Shown: positions 28,081-36,915 of the stretch, piece by piece
How the letters are laid out: every line of letters begins with the position of its first letter
How positions within the stretch are numbered: position 1 is the first letter of the stretch
Source: Candidatus Rifleibacteriota bacterium
GTDB taxonomy: Bacteria; Muiribacteriota; Ozemobacteria; Ozemobacterales; Ozemobacteraceae
Direction of reading: 5' to 3'
NCBI GenBank assembly: GCA_051747585.1
Contig: JBNJGH010000012.1
Span: 1 to 47,721 of the forward strand
Length of the DNA stretch: 47,721 nt
The notes under the pieces: generated by a model
What the model saw: only the letters and a program-made list of their open reading frames with translations
Database searches by the model: none
What the model was told of the DNA's origin: nothing
Position numbers and translations under genes: made by a program

Positions 28081-28743
28081 ATGTTGCTACATCTGTTTAA
28101 TTTAATTCTGATTGCTTTGGTCACGATTGTTTCATACAAATATTTTGCGCTCAAAGAACAGCAGGGCCCGGCTTCAACTCGAACAATCGCCTATATAAGG
28201 GGCATGTCTTCAATTTTAGATAAAATAGAAGCCTATGATCACGCCCATGCCGGAGAAATGGCTCAAATAGCAGAAGAACTGGCAGAAAAGCTTGGACTTT
28301 CGCCGGAAACTATCATTGGTATAACCTATGCCGCTTTGCTTCATGATGTCGGCGAAGCATTGCTGCCAAGAGAAATCTTTAAAACATCAGAAAAGCTTGA
28401 TGATGAACAGATATTCCTTTTACGCACTCATCCGTTAATAGGTGAATTACAGCTTAAAAACGAAAACTTTCCTCTGGATGAGGTCCCGGCTTTAATAAGG
28501 TGGCATCACGAAAAGTATGATGGCACAGGGTATCCGGATGGGCTGGCAGGCGAAGAGATTCCACATGGAAGCAGAATCCTGGCCCTGGCAGATGCCGTTT
28601 CGGCAATGAAAGCATCGCGACCTTACAGAAAGCATAGTTTAAGCAACAAGGAAATAGGTCAGGAGCTGGAACGACTCTCGGGTTTGCACTTTGATCCGGA
28701 GTTGGTGGAAATATGGAAAACCATATATTTAAAGCCGGAATAA
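28081..28743 (+). CDS. Membrane-anchored HD-GYP domain protein (variant motifs)
   Basis: N-terminal TM; LHDVGE, HP..G, HHEKYDGTGYPDGL.GEEIP, RPYR, FDP. Confidence 0.9.
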   Translation: MLLHLFNLILIALVTIVSYKYFALKEQQGPASTRTIAYIRGMSSILDKIEAYDHAHAGEMAQIAEELAEKLGLSPETIIGITYAALLHDVGEALLPREIFKTSEKLDDEQIFLLRTHPLIGELQLKNENFPLDEVPALIRWHHEKYDGTGYPDGLAGEEIPHGSRILALADAVSAMKASRPYRKHSLSNKEIGQELERLSGLHFDPELVEIWKTIYLKPE

Positions 28744-28755
28744 AGAGGACTTAGT

Positions 28756-29694
28756 ATGATAAGATTGCAATCTTCCTGGATTCTTGAAAGCGCGACAGAA
28801 ATCAATCAGATCGAAAAACTGTTTTTTCCATTTATACACCGCTATTCTACCTTAAACTGGTTCAGTCGCCGTGAAATGCCAATGATTGTAAACAATCCGC
28901 TCGATAGTCAGGCATTACTGCTAAGAACCTGGTTGGATAATCGATCAGGTCATTTTACTACCAAAAATCGCAGAAAATTTAATCAGGAACTTAAAAAACC
29001 TCTTGAAATTGATATCAATCCTTTTCGAGACTGGGAAGAAAAGCTTTTTGACCGTTTGCAGCTGGATTATTTGTTTTACTGGCATGAAGTGGCTTTTGAA
29101 ATTGAAAAAATTGAGCAAAGAGAAATTTTCTGGGCTGCTGTTTATGCAATCATGTCTTACTGGCTCAGTAATAGAAAAGTGGGTAGAAAACCTGCTTATA
29201 GCCCGGAAGAGATAATGCATTACGTTCTGAGTATGCACGAAGAAAATTCAAAAAATAAAAAACCGCACCTGGAGCTTTTAAATAAAGAGTTCGCTCAGCT
29301 AGATCCTCCGGCTTCTTCTCTTGCCGTTTTCCCCCTTATATTCAACGATGAAGAAAACGCTGAAACTGAACTGCAAAGTATATTTCACGGCTGGTATCAT
29401 GGGTATTCTGATTTGTTAAAGGCAAGAAGAGAAATAAAAAATCATCTATATCAGTATTCATTTAATCTTGGTAAGCAAAATGATTTTTCCTGCTATACAA
29501 ATCTTAGTAAAAATTCTGATATTGTTGCATTCTGTTGGACAGGTAAAGAACTGCCACCTGTTGTTCATGAACAGGAAATAATTGACCCTTTTAGAGAGCA
29601 GTTTTCCGAGCTTTTTTCCCGCTCGAGGTGTAGTATTAAAGCTGTAGATCCCGGTTCAGATGAGTACGATTATCTGCTGTTGTTTTTTAACTGA
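28756..29694 (+). CDS. Hypothetical protein, probable inactivated DNA adenine methyltransferase fold (COG3392/D12-like)
   Basis: Collinear resemblance by eye to M.NlaIII-like enzymes, but FxGxG and DPPY are absent; GAGGA RBS. Confidence 0.55.
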   Translation: MIRLQSSWILESATEINQIEKLFFPFIHRYSTLNWFSRREMPMIVNNPLDSQALLLRTWLDNRSGHFTTKNRRKFNQELKKPLEIDINPFRDWEEKLFDRLQLDYLFYWHEVAFEIEKIEQREIFWAAVYAIMSYWLSNRKVGRKPAYSPEEIMHYVLSMHEENSKNKKPHLELLNKEFAQLDPPASSLAVFPLIFNDEENAETELQSIFHGWYHGYSDLLKARREIKNHLYQYSFNLGKQNDFSCYTNLSKNSDIVAFCWTGKELPPVVHEQEIIDPFREQFSELFSRSRCSIKAVDPGSDEYDYLLLFFN

Positions 29695-29747
29695 ATTTTT
29701 AGAAATTTACATTTTTAAACCATTCAATAATGTGTTAGTATTTTTTC

Positions 29748-30908
29748 ATGAGAAAAGGCAGGTATAAAAGCTTTCTAATAGTTGTCTTCGTTTTGTTGAC
29801 TTTCATTGCAAATTGTTCTGCTCAGCAGGTATTTATTATGGGTGAAGACGTTATGCATCCTTCAGGCCTGGTGCTTACCGTAAATGAAATGAGCAGAAAA
29901 CCTTTTACTGCAGGTCTTGGGGGGCATGGTAAACAAGATGAAATTCGACTTAACCTTACCATGGTTAATACGGGCATTATAACTTTCAGGGTTAATCCGG
30001 TTCAAGATTTAACCCTTGAGTTAAGTAAGACTTATGAGCTGGCTGATGATCCCGAAAAAAAAGCCTCCAGGCAAGATTTCAATGTTTTTCCATCAAACCA
30101 GTCAAGGCTGGATCTTTATTTTAAAGTGTCTGCCGATGATGAACTCGACCCCATTCTGATCTTTAAATTAAAGGATGCATCGGTAAAAATTATTTGCTCT
30201 AATAAGTTCAGTAAGCTGGTTGAAAAAAACAATTCCAACAGCTTGTCGACATCTGAAGCAATAGAACTTGCAGGCTTTTATGTCGACTACGGCCGCTATG
30301 ATGAAGCCGAAGATTTGCTCAATAACGCATCGAGATACTCAGCCGCTAATAATGAACTCTGGATGTTGCTTGCCGCTGTTTATCAGCAACAATATAAGAA
30401 CGAGGCAGCAGCAGATTGTCTGGCAAGGGTTAACCCGACTGCAATAAACAATTATGATGAGGCGGCTTCTCTTGCGGCTCAGGCCGTGAAACTTGGGCAA
30501 TACCAGCTTGCAATAGATGTTCTCGAGCCCTATGAGCAGGTTAACCGACTCATGCCCGAGACAAGAGTTGTTCTGGCGCGGGCCTACTATTACCAGGATG
30601 AATACGCAAAAGCAGAGAGAATTCTTAACCAGATGGAAAGAAAAGGATCCAATGATCCTAAAGTTTATTTCACCCTTGGCAATCTTAAAGACAAGCAGAA
30701 AAAAAATAATGAAGCAATAGAATACTGGGAAAAGACCCTTGATTATGATCCAGATTATTCTGAAGCCTGCTACAACCTGGGAGTCGGCTATTATAAGCTC
30801 GATCGAATTGACAAGGCCAGAAAATTCTGGAAGAAAGTTTTGTTACTCAACCCGGATTCTTCTATACTGAGGGCTACCGAAGATGCTTTAAATGCAACAG
30901 ATTATTAA
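29748..30908 (+). CDS. Exported protein with N-terminal Ig-like (DUF4352-like) domain and C-terminal TPRs
   Basis: Signal peptide; beta-rich LNLTMVNTG..LYFKV domain; YFTLGN..AIEYW and YNLGV..ARKFW TPRs. Confidence 0.8.
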   Translation: MRKGRYKSFLIVVFVLLTFIANCSAQQVFIMGEDVMHPSGLVLTVNEMSRKPFTAGLGGHGKQDEIRLNLTMVNTGIITFRVNPVQDLTLELSKTYELADDPEKKASRQDFNVFPSNQSRLDLYFKVSADDELDPILIFKLKDASVKIICSNKFSKLVEKNNSNSLSTSEAIELAGFYVDYGRYDEAEDLLNNASRYSAANNELWMLLAAVYQQQYKNEAAADCLARVNPTAINNYDEAASLAAQAVKLGQYQLAIDVLEPYEQVNRLMPETRVVLARAYYYQDEYAKAERILNQMERKGSNDPKVYFTLGNLKDKQKKNNEAIEYWEKTLDYDPDYSEACYNLGVGYYKLDRIDKARKFWKKVLLLNPDSSILRATEDALNATDY

Positions 30909-30941
30909 TAAAGAATTTAAACACAGGAGCGAATTCAAAAA

Positions 30942-31925
30942 ATGGTAAAGAAAAGACTGGTAAGCGGAATGAGAACCACAGGTTCACTTCATCTGGGTCA
31001 CCTTGAAGGCACTTTGAAAAACTGGGTAGAACTGCAAGATGAATATGAATGTTTTTTCTTTGCTGCAGTCTGGCACGCTTTTACCGACAGACTTAAAATT
31101 GAGAATCTGGCCAAAATAACCAAAGAAATGGTGGTTGACTGGTTGAGTGTCGGTATCGACCCCGAAAAATCAGTAATCTTTAGACAATCTGCGATGCATG
31201 AGCATGCCGAGCTTTGCACCATTTTGAGCAATATGACCCCTCTGGGCTGGCTTGAGCGCTGTCCTACCTTTAAGGATGAAGTGCGTGACAGTAAATCCAG
31301 GTCAGGCGTTTCTCTCGGAAAATTGATGTATCCGGTTTTACAGACTGCCGATATTGCTGCTTACAATGGCGAGGTGGTTCCCGTTGGAAAAGACCAGTTA
31401 CCACATTTAGAACTTTCCCGCGAAATTGTTCGAAGGTTTAATACCAATGCCGGTCAGGTTCTGGTTGAGCCGCAGCCTAAGCTGTCGCCCGTTCCCATGT
31501 TGCTTGGTATAGATAAGAGAAAAATGAGTAAGTCCTATGATAATGGAATTTATCTGCGCGAGACCCCCGAAAGCTTAAAAAAGAAAGTGCAGATGATGGT
31601 AACTGACCCGCAAAGAATGCGCAGAAATGATCCGGGCGATCCAGAAGTGTGCACAGTTTATGCATATCATAAAATTTACACCCCGGATCGCCTGGAAGAA
31701 ATTTCTTCCGGATGCAAGAGTGCAGGCATTGGTTGCCGCGATTGTAAACAAATACTTTTTGAACGACTCAATTCAATGCTTGAAGTTTATCGCCAGAAGA
31801 GAGTCGAAATTGAAGCAAAAGAAGGCTACGTAGAAGATGTGCTGGCCGATGGCGAGAAAAGAGCGCACCAGATAGCTCAACAAACTATTCAAAAAGTTCG
31901 CCAGACAATGGGCTTTTTATTTTAA
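30942..31925 (+). CDS. trpS: Tryptophan--tRNA ligase
   Basis: SGMRTTGSLHLGH (HIGH), YPVLQTADI, VPVGKDQ, KMSKS. Confidence 0.97.
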   Translation: MVKKRLVSGMRTTGSLHLGHLEGTLKNWVELQDEYECFFFAAVWHAFTDRLKIENLAKITKEMVVDWLSVGIDPEKSVIFRQSAMHEHAELCTILSNMTPLGWLERCPTFKDEVRDSKSRSGVSLGKLMYPVLQTADIAAYNGEVVPVGKDQLPHLELSREIVRRFNTNAGQVLVEPQPKLSPVPMLLGIDKRKMSKSYDNGIYLRETPESLKKKVQMMVTDPQRMRRNDPGDPEVCTVYAYHKIYTPDRLEEISSGCKSAGIGCRDCKQILFERLNSMLEVYRQKRVEIEAKEGYVEDVLADGEKRAHQIAQQTIQKVRQTMGFLF

Positions 31926-31946
31926 ATAGGAGCGATCAGCCTTTTT

Positions 31947-32711
31947 ATGGGAAGTTATCAGGTAAAATTACCGGTTTTCGAAGGACCATTTGACCTGCTG
32001 TTTCATTTAATTGAAGAGCAGAGAATAAATATCTATGACATTCCGGTAGCCAGAATCGCAGAACAATATCTAGATTACCTTCAGATGATGGAAATTCTTG
32101 ATATGGAGGTGGCTTCCGGCTTCCTGGTAATGGCTGCAACTCTGCTTGAAATCAAATCGAAAATGCTTCTGCCCAGCGAAAAGACCGACGACATTCACGC
32201 CGACGACGAAGATATTGACGAAGCATACTTCGAAGAAGATGCTCGTAATGAATTGGTAGATAAGTTACTCGAGTATAAAAAATTCAAATTGGTTGCGCTT
32301 CAGCTTCGTGATATGGAAAAAAATGCCTCGCGAATTTTTACCCGTGCCGGAGAGTTTGAACGTCAGCCGGAAGAAATCCTGGAAGTAGATATCGGACCGG
32401 TAGAATTGTTAACTATTTACCATGCAATGATAAGAAGACGCGCGAACCCTCCGGTTCACAGAGTGGTTCTTGAAAAGCTTGGAATCAGCGAGAGAATTAA
32501 TGAAATAAGGCTGATGCTTAAAAAGATCAAGGGCGAAGTCACTTTTAAAGAACTGGTTAAGAAGCCCGAAGATCGTTATGAAGTTGTGCTTTCGTTTATG
32601 GCTATTCTTGAAATGTCTAAAAGCGGTGAGCTCGAGCTTTTTCAAGATGAAAATTTTGAACCTATTCGGTTGCAGAAACAGAGAAAGAAAAAAATTAAAT
32701 CTGCAGCCTGA
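31947..32711 (+). CDS. scpA: Segregation and condensation protein A (kleisin)
   Basis: FEGPFDLL..I..INIYDI, FLVMAATLLEIKSKMLLP, F.AILE. Confidence 0.95.
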   Translation: MGSYQVKLPVFEGPFDLLFHLIEEQRINIYDIPVARIAEQYLDYLQMMEILDMEVASGFLVMAATLLEIKSKMLLPSEKTDDIHADDEDIDEAYFEEDARNELVDKLLEYKKFKLVALQLRDMEKNASRIFTRAGEFERQPEEILEVDIGPVELLTIYHAMIRRRANPPVHRVVLEKLGISERINEIRLMLKKIKGEVTFKELVKKPEDRYEVVLSFMAILEMSKSGELELFQDENFEPIRLQKQRKKKIKSAA

Positions 32712-32767
32712 GCAAATAAGGAAGGAACCGGCAGATTTGTATTAATTTTCTGCCCCCCCCATAAATT

Positions 32768-33604
32768 ATGGATAATGAAAATCAGAAAAACTTTATAGAA
32801 TCACAAACAGAAACCAACATAGAAGCTGAACCGGTTGAGAATTATGAAAATTCTGAGGAGCAAGCTAATGATTCTCAGAATATCGATCAGCAACAGGAAA
32901 CTTTAGAAGAGCCCGACATAAGTCTTTTATTCTCGGCTCTCGATGGCCTTCTGCTGATTCACAGCAAACCGGTTTCGTTCGAAAAGCTTGCTGATCTTTT
33001 AGAAGTAAGCGAAGAAAAAGTCACAGAAATTGTTAATGCCCGCAAAAAGTCTTATGAAGAAGACGAGAATTCAGGTCTTCAAATTGTTGTTCTTGAAGAT
33101 AAAGTGCAGCTTGCTACCAAAGCCAGGGTTTCGCAATTCATACAAAGACTTGATGGGCAAAAACTTGTAAGTCTTTCGATGCCTGCCCTGGAGGCCCTCT
33201 CGGTTGTTGCTTTCAAGCAGCCGGTTACCAAGGCCGAAATCGATGCTATTCGTGGCGTAAACAGTGATGGCGTTATTTCCAGTCTGCTTGAAAAGAAATT
33301 GATTTATGTTTCCGGCGAAAAGCAGGTTATAGGTCGACCCCGTCTTTATTCTACCACCCAGGACTTCCTTTATTATTTTGGTATGAAAACCTTGAAAGAG
33401 CTACCGCTACCTTCCCTTGAAATTCCACACCAGCTTACTCCGGAAGGGCAGAAAGAAGAAAAGGAAAAAGAACAAAAACAGGGTGAAAAAGAATTTGATG
33501 AAAGTCAGGGACTTATGCCGATAGTAGAAGAAGAAGCATCCAATGAAGAAGACCAGAATGCCTCTGAACCTTCTTCAAATAATAATTCCGGAGATTCAAT
33601 TTGA
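32768..33604 (+). CDS. scpB: Segregation and condensation protein B, with acidic terminal extensions
   Basis: LS.PALE.L..VAFKQPVTKAEIDAIRGV, GRPRLYSTT..FL.YFG..L.ELP. Confidence 0.95.
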   Translation: MDNENQKNFIESQTETNIEAEPVENYENSEEQANDSQNIDQQQETLEEPDISLLFSALDGLLLIHSKPVSFEKLADLLEVSEEKVTEIVNARKKSYEEDENSGLQIVVLEDKVQLATKARVSQFIQRLDGQKLVSLSMPALEALSVVAFKQPVTKAEIDAIRGVNSDGVISSLLEKKLIYVSGEKQVIGRPRLYSTTQDFLYYFGMKTLKELPLPSLEIPHQLTPEGQKEEKEKEQKQGEKEFDESQGLMPIVEEEASNEEDQNASEPSSNNNSGDSI

Positions 33605-34911
33605 CTCATTCTCCCTATTTATCAAAGAAATTAGACAATGGCGTAAGAATTATAGCTGAAAAATTTGATACCGTACAAAGTGTTTCAATCGGTTTCTTTT
33701 TCAAGACCGGTGTCTTATACGAGCCCGAAGACATGCTCGGTGTTTCTCATTTTATCGAGCACATGATGTTCAAGGGAACTGCGAATCGTAATGCCAGGCA
33801 GATTGCTCGCGAATTTGATCGCATTGGCGGTTATTTGAATGCTTTTACTGCCAAAGATTTTTGCTGCTTCTATGCACGTACGGTAAAAGATCATATAGAT
33901 CTGGCAGTTGAGGTTCTTGCTGACATGCTTATTAACTCTTTATTCGATGAAGAAGAATTTGAGCGCGAAAGAAAGGTAATTCTCGAAGAAATCAAGATGT
34001 ACGAAGATTCTCCCGATGAAATCATTCATGAATTACTTGGCCAGAATATCTGGAATAAATCAAGTATAGGTAATCCTATTCTTGGCACCAGCTCTACGGT
34101 TTCTTCAATGAAGCGTGACGAGGTCGTTGAACTTTTTAAAAAGCAGTATCTCACCGGTAATCTTGTAATTTGTGTCGCTGGTAATTTTGACTGGGAAAAT
34201 CTCCAGAAAATTGTCTCCGATAAGTTGGAGCCAATGCCCCGGGGCGAACTTCCTCAATCTGTTGAAGTTCCCGATGCAAGTTGTAGTTTCAATGTTTTTC
34301 AAAAAGACATTGAACAAGTTCATCTGGCAATGGGAACCGTAGGGGTTTCTTATTCAGATGAGCGCCGCTTTCCTTTAACAGTACTCAATGTTGCTTTTGG
34401 GGGGGGGATGAGCAGCAGATTGTTTCAAGAGATCCGTGAAAAGCGGGGAATGGCTTATACTGTTTATTCGTATCACACTTCTTTTAAAAATACCGGGCTT
34501 TTTGGCATTTACGCAGGCACCAGCATGGAAAACCTGCCCCAGGTGCTTGAGCTTTTTTATAACGAGCTTAAAAAAGTAACTGAGCAGGGCTTGACTGAAA
34601 CAGAAATCGCAGAAACCAAAGAGCAGTTAAAAGGAAATATGCTGATTGCTCTTGAAAGTACTACCAACCGAATGAATCGGCTGGCAAGCGGCTTCTTATA
34701 TGGTGTTCCGCCAAAGTTGCCTGAAGATACGATTAAGCCTTATCTTAAGGTTAGCGAAGAAGATATTAAAAATGTAGCTCGAGATGTTTTGAACGAGTCA
34801 AATATGGCAGTTACCATGATTGCTCCTGATGAAAAGGCTGCTGATATGCTTAAAGAATCCAGGTTTACTTCAAAATCTGTTAGCTTTGATTTTTTAAGCC
34901 GCAAAAAATAA
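33601..34911 (+). CDS. M16 (pitrilysin) family zinc peptidase
   Basis: HFIEHMMFKGT, NAFT, E..VI.EE, GGGMSSRLFQEIRE..Y; TTG start overlapping the scpB stop. Confidence 0.93.
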   Translation: MTHSPYLSKKLDNGVRIIAEKFDTVQSVSIGFFFKTGVLYEPEDMLGVSHFIEHMMFKGTANRNARQIAREFDRIGGYLNAFTAKDFCCFYARTVKDHIDLAVEVLADMLINSLFDEEEFERERKVILEEIKMYEDSPDEIIHELLGQNIWNKSSIGNPILGTSSTVSSMKRDEVVELFKKQYLTGNLVICVAGNFDWENLQKIVSDKLEPMPRGELPQSVEVPDASCSFNVFQKDIEQVHLAMGTVGVSYSDERRFPLTVLNVAFGGGMSSRLFQEIREKRGMAYTVYSYHTSFKNTGLFGIYAGTSMENLPQVLELFYNELKKVTEQGLTETEIAETKEQLKGNMLIALESTTNRMNRLASGFLYGVPPKLPEDTIKPYLKVSEEDIKNVARDVLNESNMAVTMIAPDEKAADMLKESRFTSKSVSFDFLSRKK

Positions 34912-34935
34912 ATTAATCTAATTTTTAATGAGGCT

Positions 34936-36021
34936 ATGATTATGAATTACAGTCAAAGACAGAATATGTTCAAAGAGATTTTCAGCCAGAATGAAAAATG
35001 TGACGCAGTTTTAATCACTGATAGTTCAAATATAAGATACCTTTGTGGTTTTTCGGGATCATGTGGTTATGTGCTTGCTACAAGAAATAAAACCTATTTT
35101 TTTACCGATTTCCGTTACGAGGAGCAGAGTGAACGAGAAGTTGGCGATAATGCCGATATAATTGTTTTTAAAGACAGTTTGCTCAAAACTATTTTTAAAA
35201 AAGTTAAGGCCTGCAAAATTAAAAATCTTGGTATAGAACGTTCTCTTTCCGTTGATATGTTTTTAAAATTTGAAGAAGAGTTTGAAGGTAAGATTGTACC
35301 GGTTGCCAATCATGTAAGCATCTTGAGACGCATTAAAGAAAAAGATGAACTCAAAATGCTCAAAAAAGCTTTTAAAATAGCAGACCATGCATTTGGCGAA
35401 CTAATGAATAAAATAAAAGCCGGCCAGACTGAAGTTGAAGTAGCCGCTTTGCTCGAATATTTTATGAAGAGCAATGGCTCTGAAATCCCCAGTTTTTCGA
35501 CTATCGTTGCGTCGGGTCCAAATTCTTCCTGTCCTCATGCTCAGCCAACCAATCGCAGAATAAAAAACGGCGATATGGTTAAAATTGATTTTGGCGCTGT
35601 TTACCAGGGTTACCACTCAGACATGACAAGGACTATCTTTGTCGGTAAAGCTACAGATAAATTCAAGGAAATATATAATATAGTTCATAAGGCTCAGTCT
35701 GAAGCAATCAAAGCAATTAAAGTCGGAGCCAAATGCTGTGATATCGATAAAATTGCCCGCGATATTATTACAGAAGCTGGCTATGGCGACAACTTCGGTC
35801 ATGGACTTGGCCATTCATTCGGACTCGAAGTGCACGAAAGCCCTTCTCTTTCAAAAAAATGCGAAGATGTCATTGAATCCGGCATGACTTTTACAGTTGA
35901 GCCCGGAATTTATCTGCCGGGGTGGGGCGGTATCAGGATCGAAGACTCGTTTATGGTTGACGAAAACAAGCTTGTTAAGCTTACAAGAACTCCCTCGGCC
36001 ATCTACGAAGTCAAGTCTTGA
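34936..36021 (+). CDS. M24B Xaa-Pro aminopeptidase
   Basis: TDFRY, PH, DFG..GYHSDMTRT, HGLGH..G.EVHE, EPGIY..GIRIED. Confidence 0.94.
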   Translation: MIMNYSQRQNMFKEIFSQNEKCDAVLITDSSNIRYLCGFSGSCGYVLATRNKTYFFTDFRYEEQSEREVGDNADIIVFKDSLLKTIFKKVKACKIKNLGIERSLSVDMFLKFEEEFEGKIVPVANHVSILRRIKEKDELKMLKKAFKIADHAFGELMNKIKAGQTEVEVAALLEYFMKSNGSEIPSFSTIVASGPNSSCPHAQPTNRRIKNGDMVKIDFGAVYQGYHSDMTRTIFVGKATDKFKEIYNIVHKAQSEAIKAIKVGAKCCDIDKIARDIITEAGYGDNFGHGLGHSFGLEVHESPSLSKKCEDVIESGMTFTVEPGIYLPGWGGIRIEDSFMVDENKLVKLTRTPSAIYEVKS

Positions 36022-36153
36022 AACTCGCGCATATCACTGATTGAGAATTACCAGCTTCGGTATTTTCAAATTAACATTGTCTCTGATTTTATTAATTTAT
36101 CCTGAAAAGCTGTCGATAATGCAGCAACAAGGTATAAAATCGGAGGTAAATTA

Positions 36154-36819
36154 ATGAAAAAGCTTGTTCCCGGCCTTAAAAGCGTTTTGATGTTTAGTCT
36201 TATGTTGTTAATGGCTGGTATATATACTTACAAAGTGGGCGCAGATTCGACCATAACCCTGCCTGTTCCGGAGAGTGTCGATGATAAACAGGTAACTATT
36301 TCTCTTCGAATCCCGCCAAATACAGAGCCTTTGAATAGGAAACAGAAAAGACCCAAATTAAAATCTAAAAAAAGTCTTATTATGTGGGAATCAAATCCTT
36401 CACCTAAAATTGCCAGAAATGATGAAATTCATTCAATTTTTAATACATTTTTGCGAAAAGGTTGGGTTAAGAGTCATTCTACTCGAAGTGTAATGCGAAT
36501 GCGCCCCATGGATAAATATTTTGCAGTTCGCACTGTTCAGCATATTGCTAACTCAGTTCTAGAAATAGCCCAGGCACCGAATTTTGGGCGGGTTATCAAG
36601 AAATGTAATCTGACAACTTCCGATATTGAAGATTTGCGACGAATGATAAAAAGATTCGAAAAAGACCTGATTATTTTTGGTTCAAACCCACGTAATCTTG
36701 ATAAAGACCTGCTTATGCTCCAGGAAAGATTTAAAAAAGCTCGTCAGGGCATTCTTAAAGTGCTCAGAGTAGAAGGAGCTGATGATGGCAGCACAATCAT
36801 ACATCTAAACGTCGATTAA
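36154..36819 (+). CDS. Exported hypothetical protein with a degenerate SLH-like domain and coiled coil
   Basis: Signal peptide; KGW..RPMDKYFA..DIEDLRRMIKRFEKDL..G resembles the OmpM/cyanobacterial porin N-terminus; GGAGG RBS. Confidence 0.6.
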   Translation: MKKLVPGLKSVLMFSLMLLMAGIYTYKVGADSTITLPVPESVDDKQVTISLRIPPNTEPLNRKQKRPKLKSKKSLIMWESNPSPKIARNDEIHSIFNTFLRKGWVKSHSTRSVMRMRPMDKYFAVRTVQHIANSVLEIAQAPNFGRVIKKCNLTTSDIEDLRRMIKRFEKDLIIFGSNPRNLDKDLLMLQERFKKARQGILKVLRVEGADDGSTIIHLNVD

Positions 36820-36822
36820 GTG

Positions 36823-36858
36823 AAAAAAAAAGCCCGCATTTTTGCGGGCTTTTTTTTT
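36823..36858 (+). terminator. Intrinsic terminator
   Basis: A9-GCCCGCA-TTTT-TGCGGGC-T tract. Confidence 0.9.
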
Positions 36859-36915
36859 TGTTCATTTTTCATTATAATCAGCTGAACCATTTTAAGAAAT
36901 ACACAGGTAAACAAA

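Noticed and set aside
30909..30941. T-box leader upstream of trpS
   Set aside because: The intergenic gap is only 33 nt
25181..33604. parS site (TGTTTCACGTGAAACA) near parB/scpAB
   Set aside because: No match seen by eye; only a half-site-like GTGAAACA inside a CDS near 40095. A mismatch-tolerant scan is needed
36093..36119. Sigma28-like promoter TAAT-N15-GTCGATAA (also GCCGATAT at 4945)
   Set aside because: Imperfect -35 or wrong spacing; not distinguishable from chance
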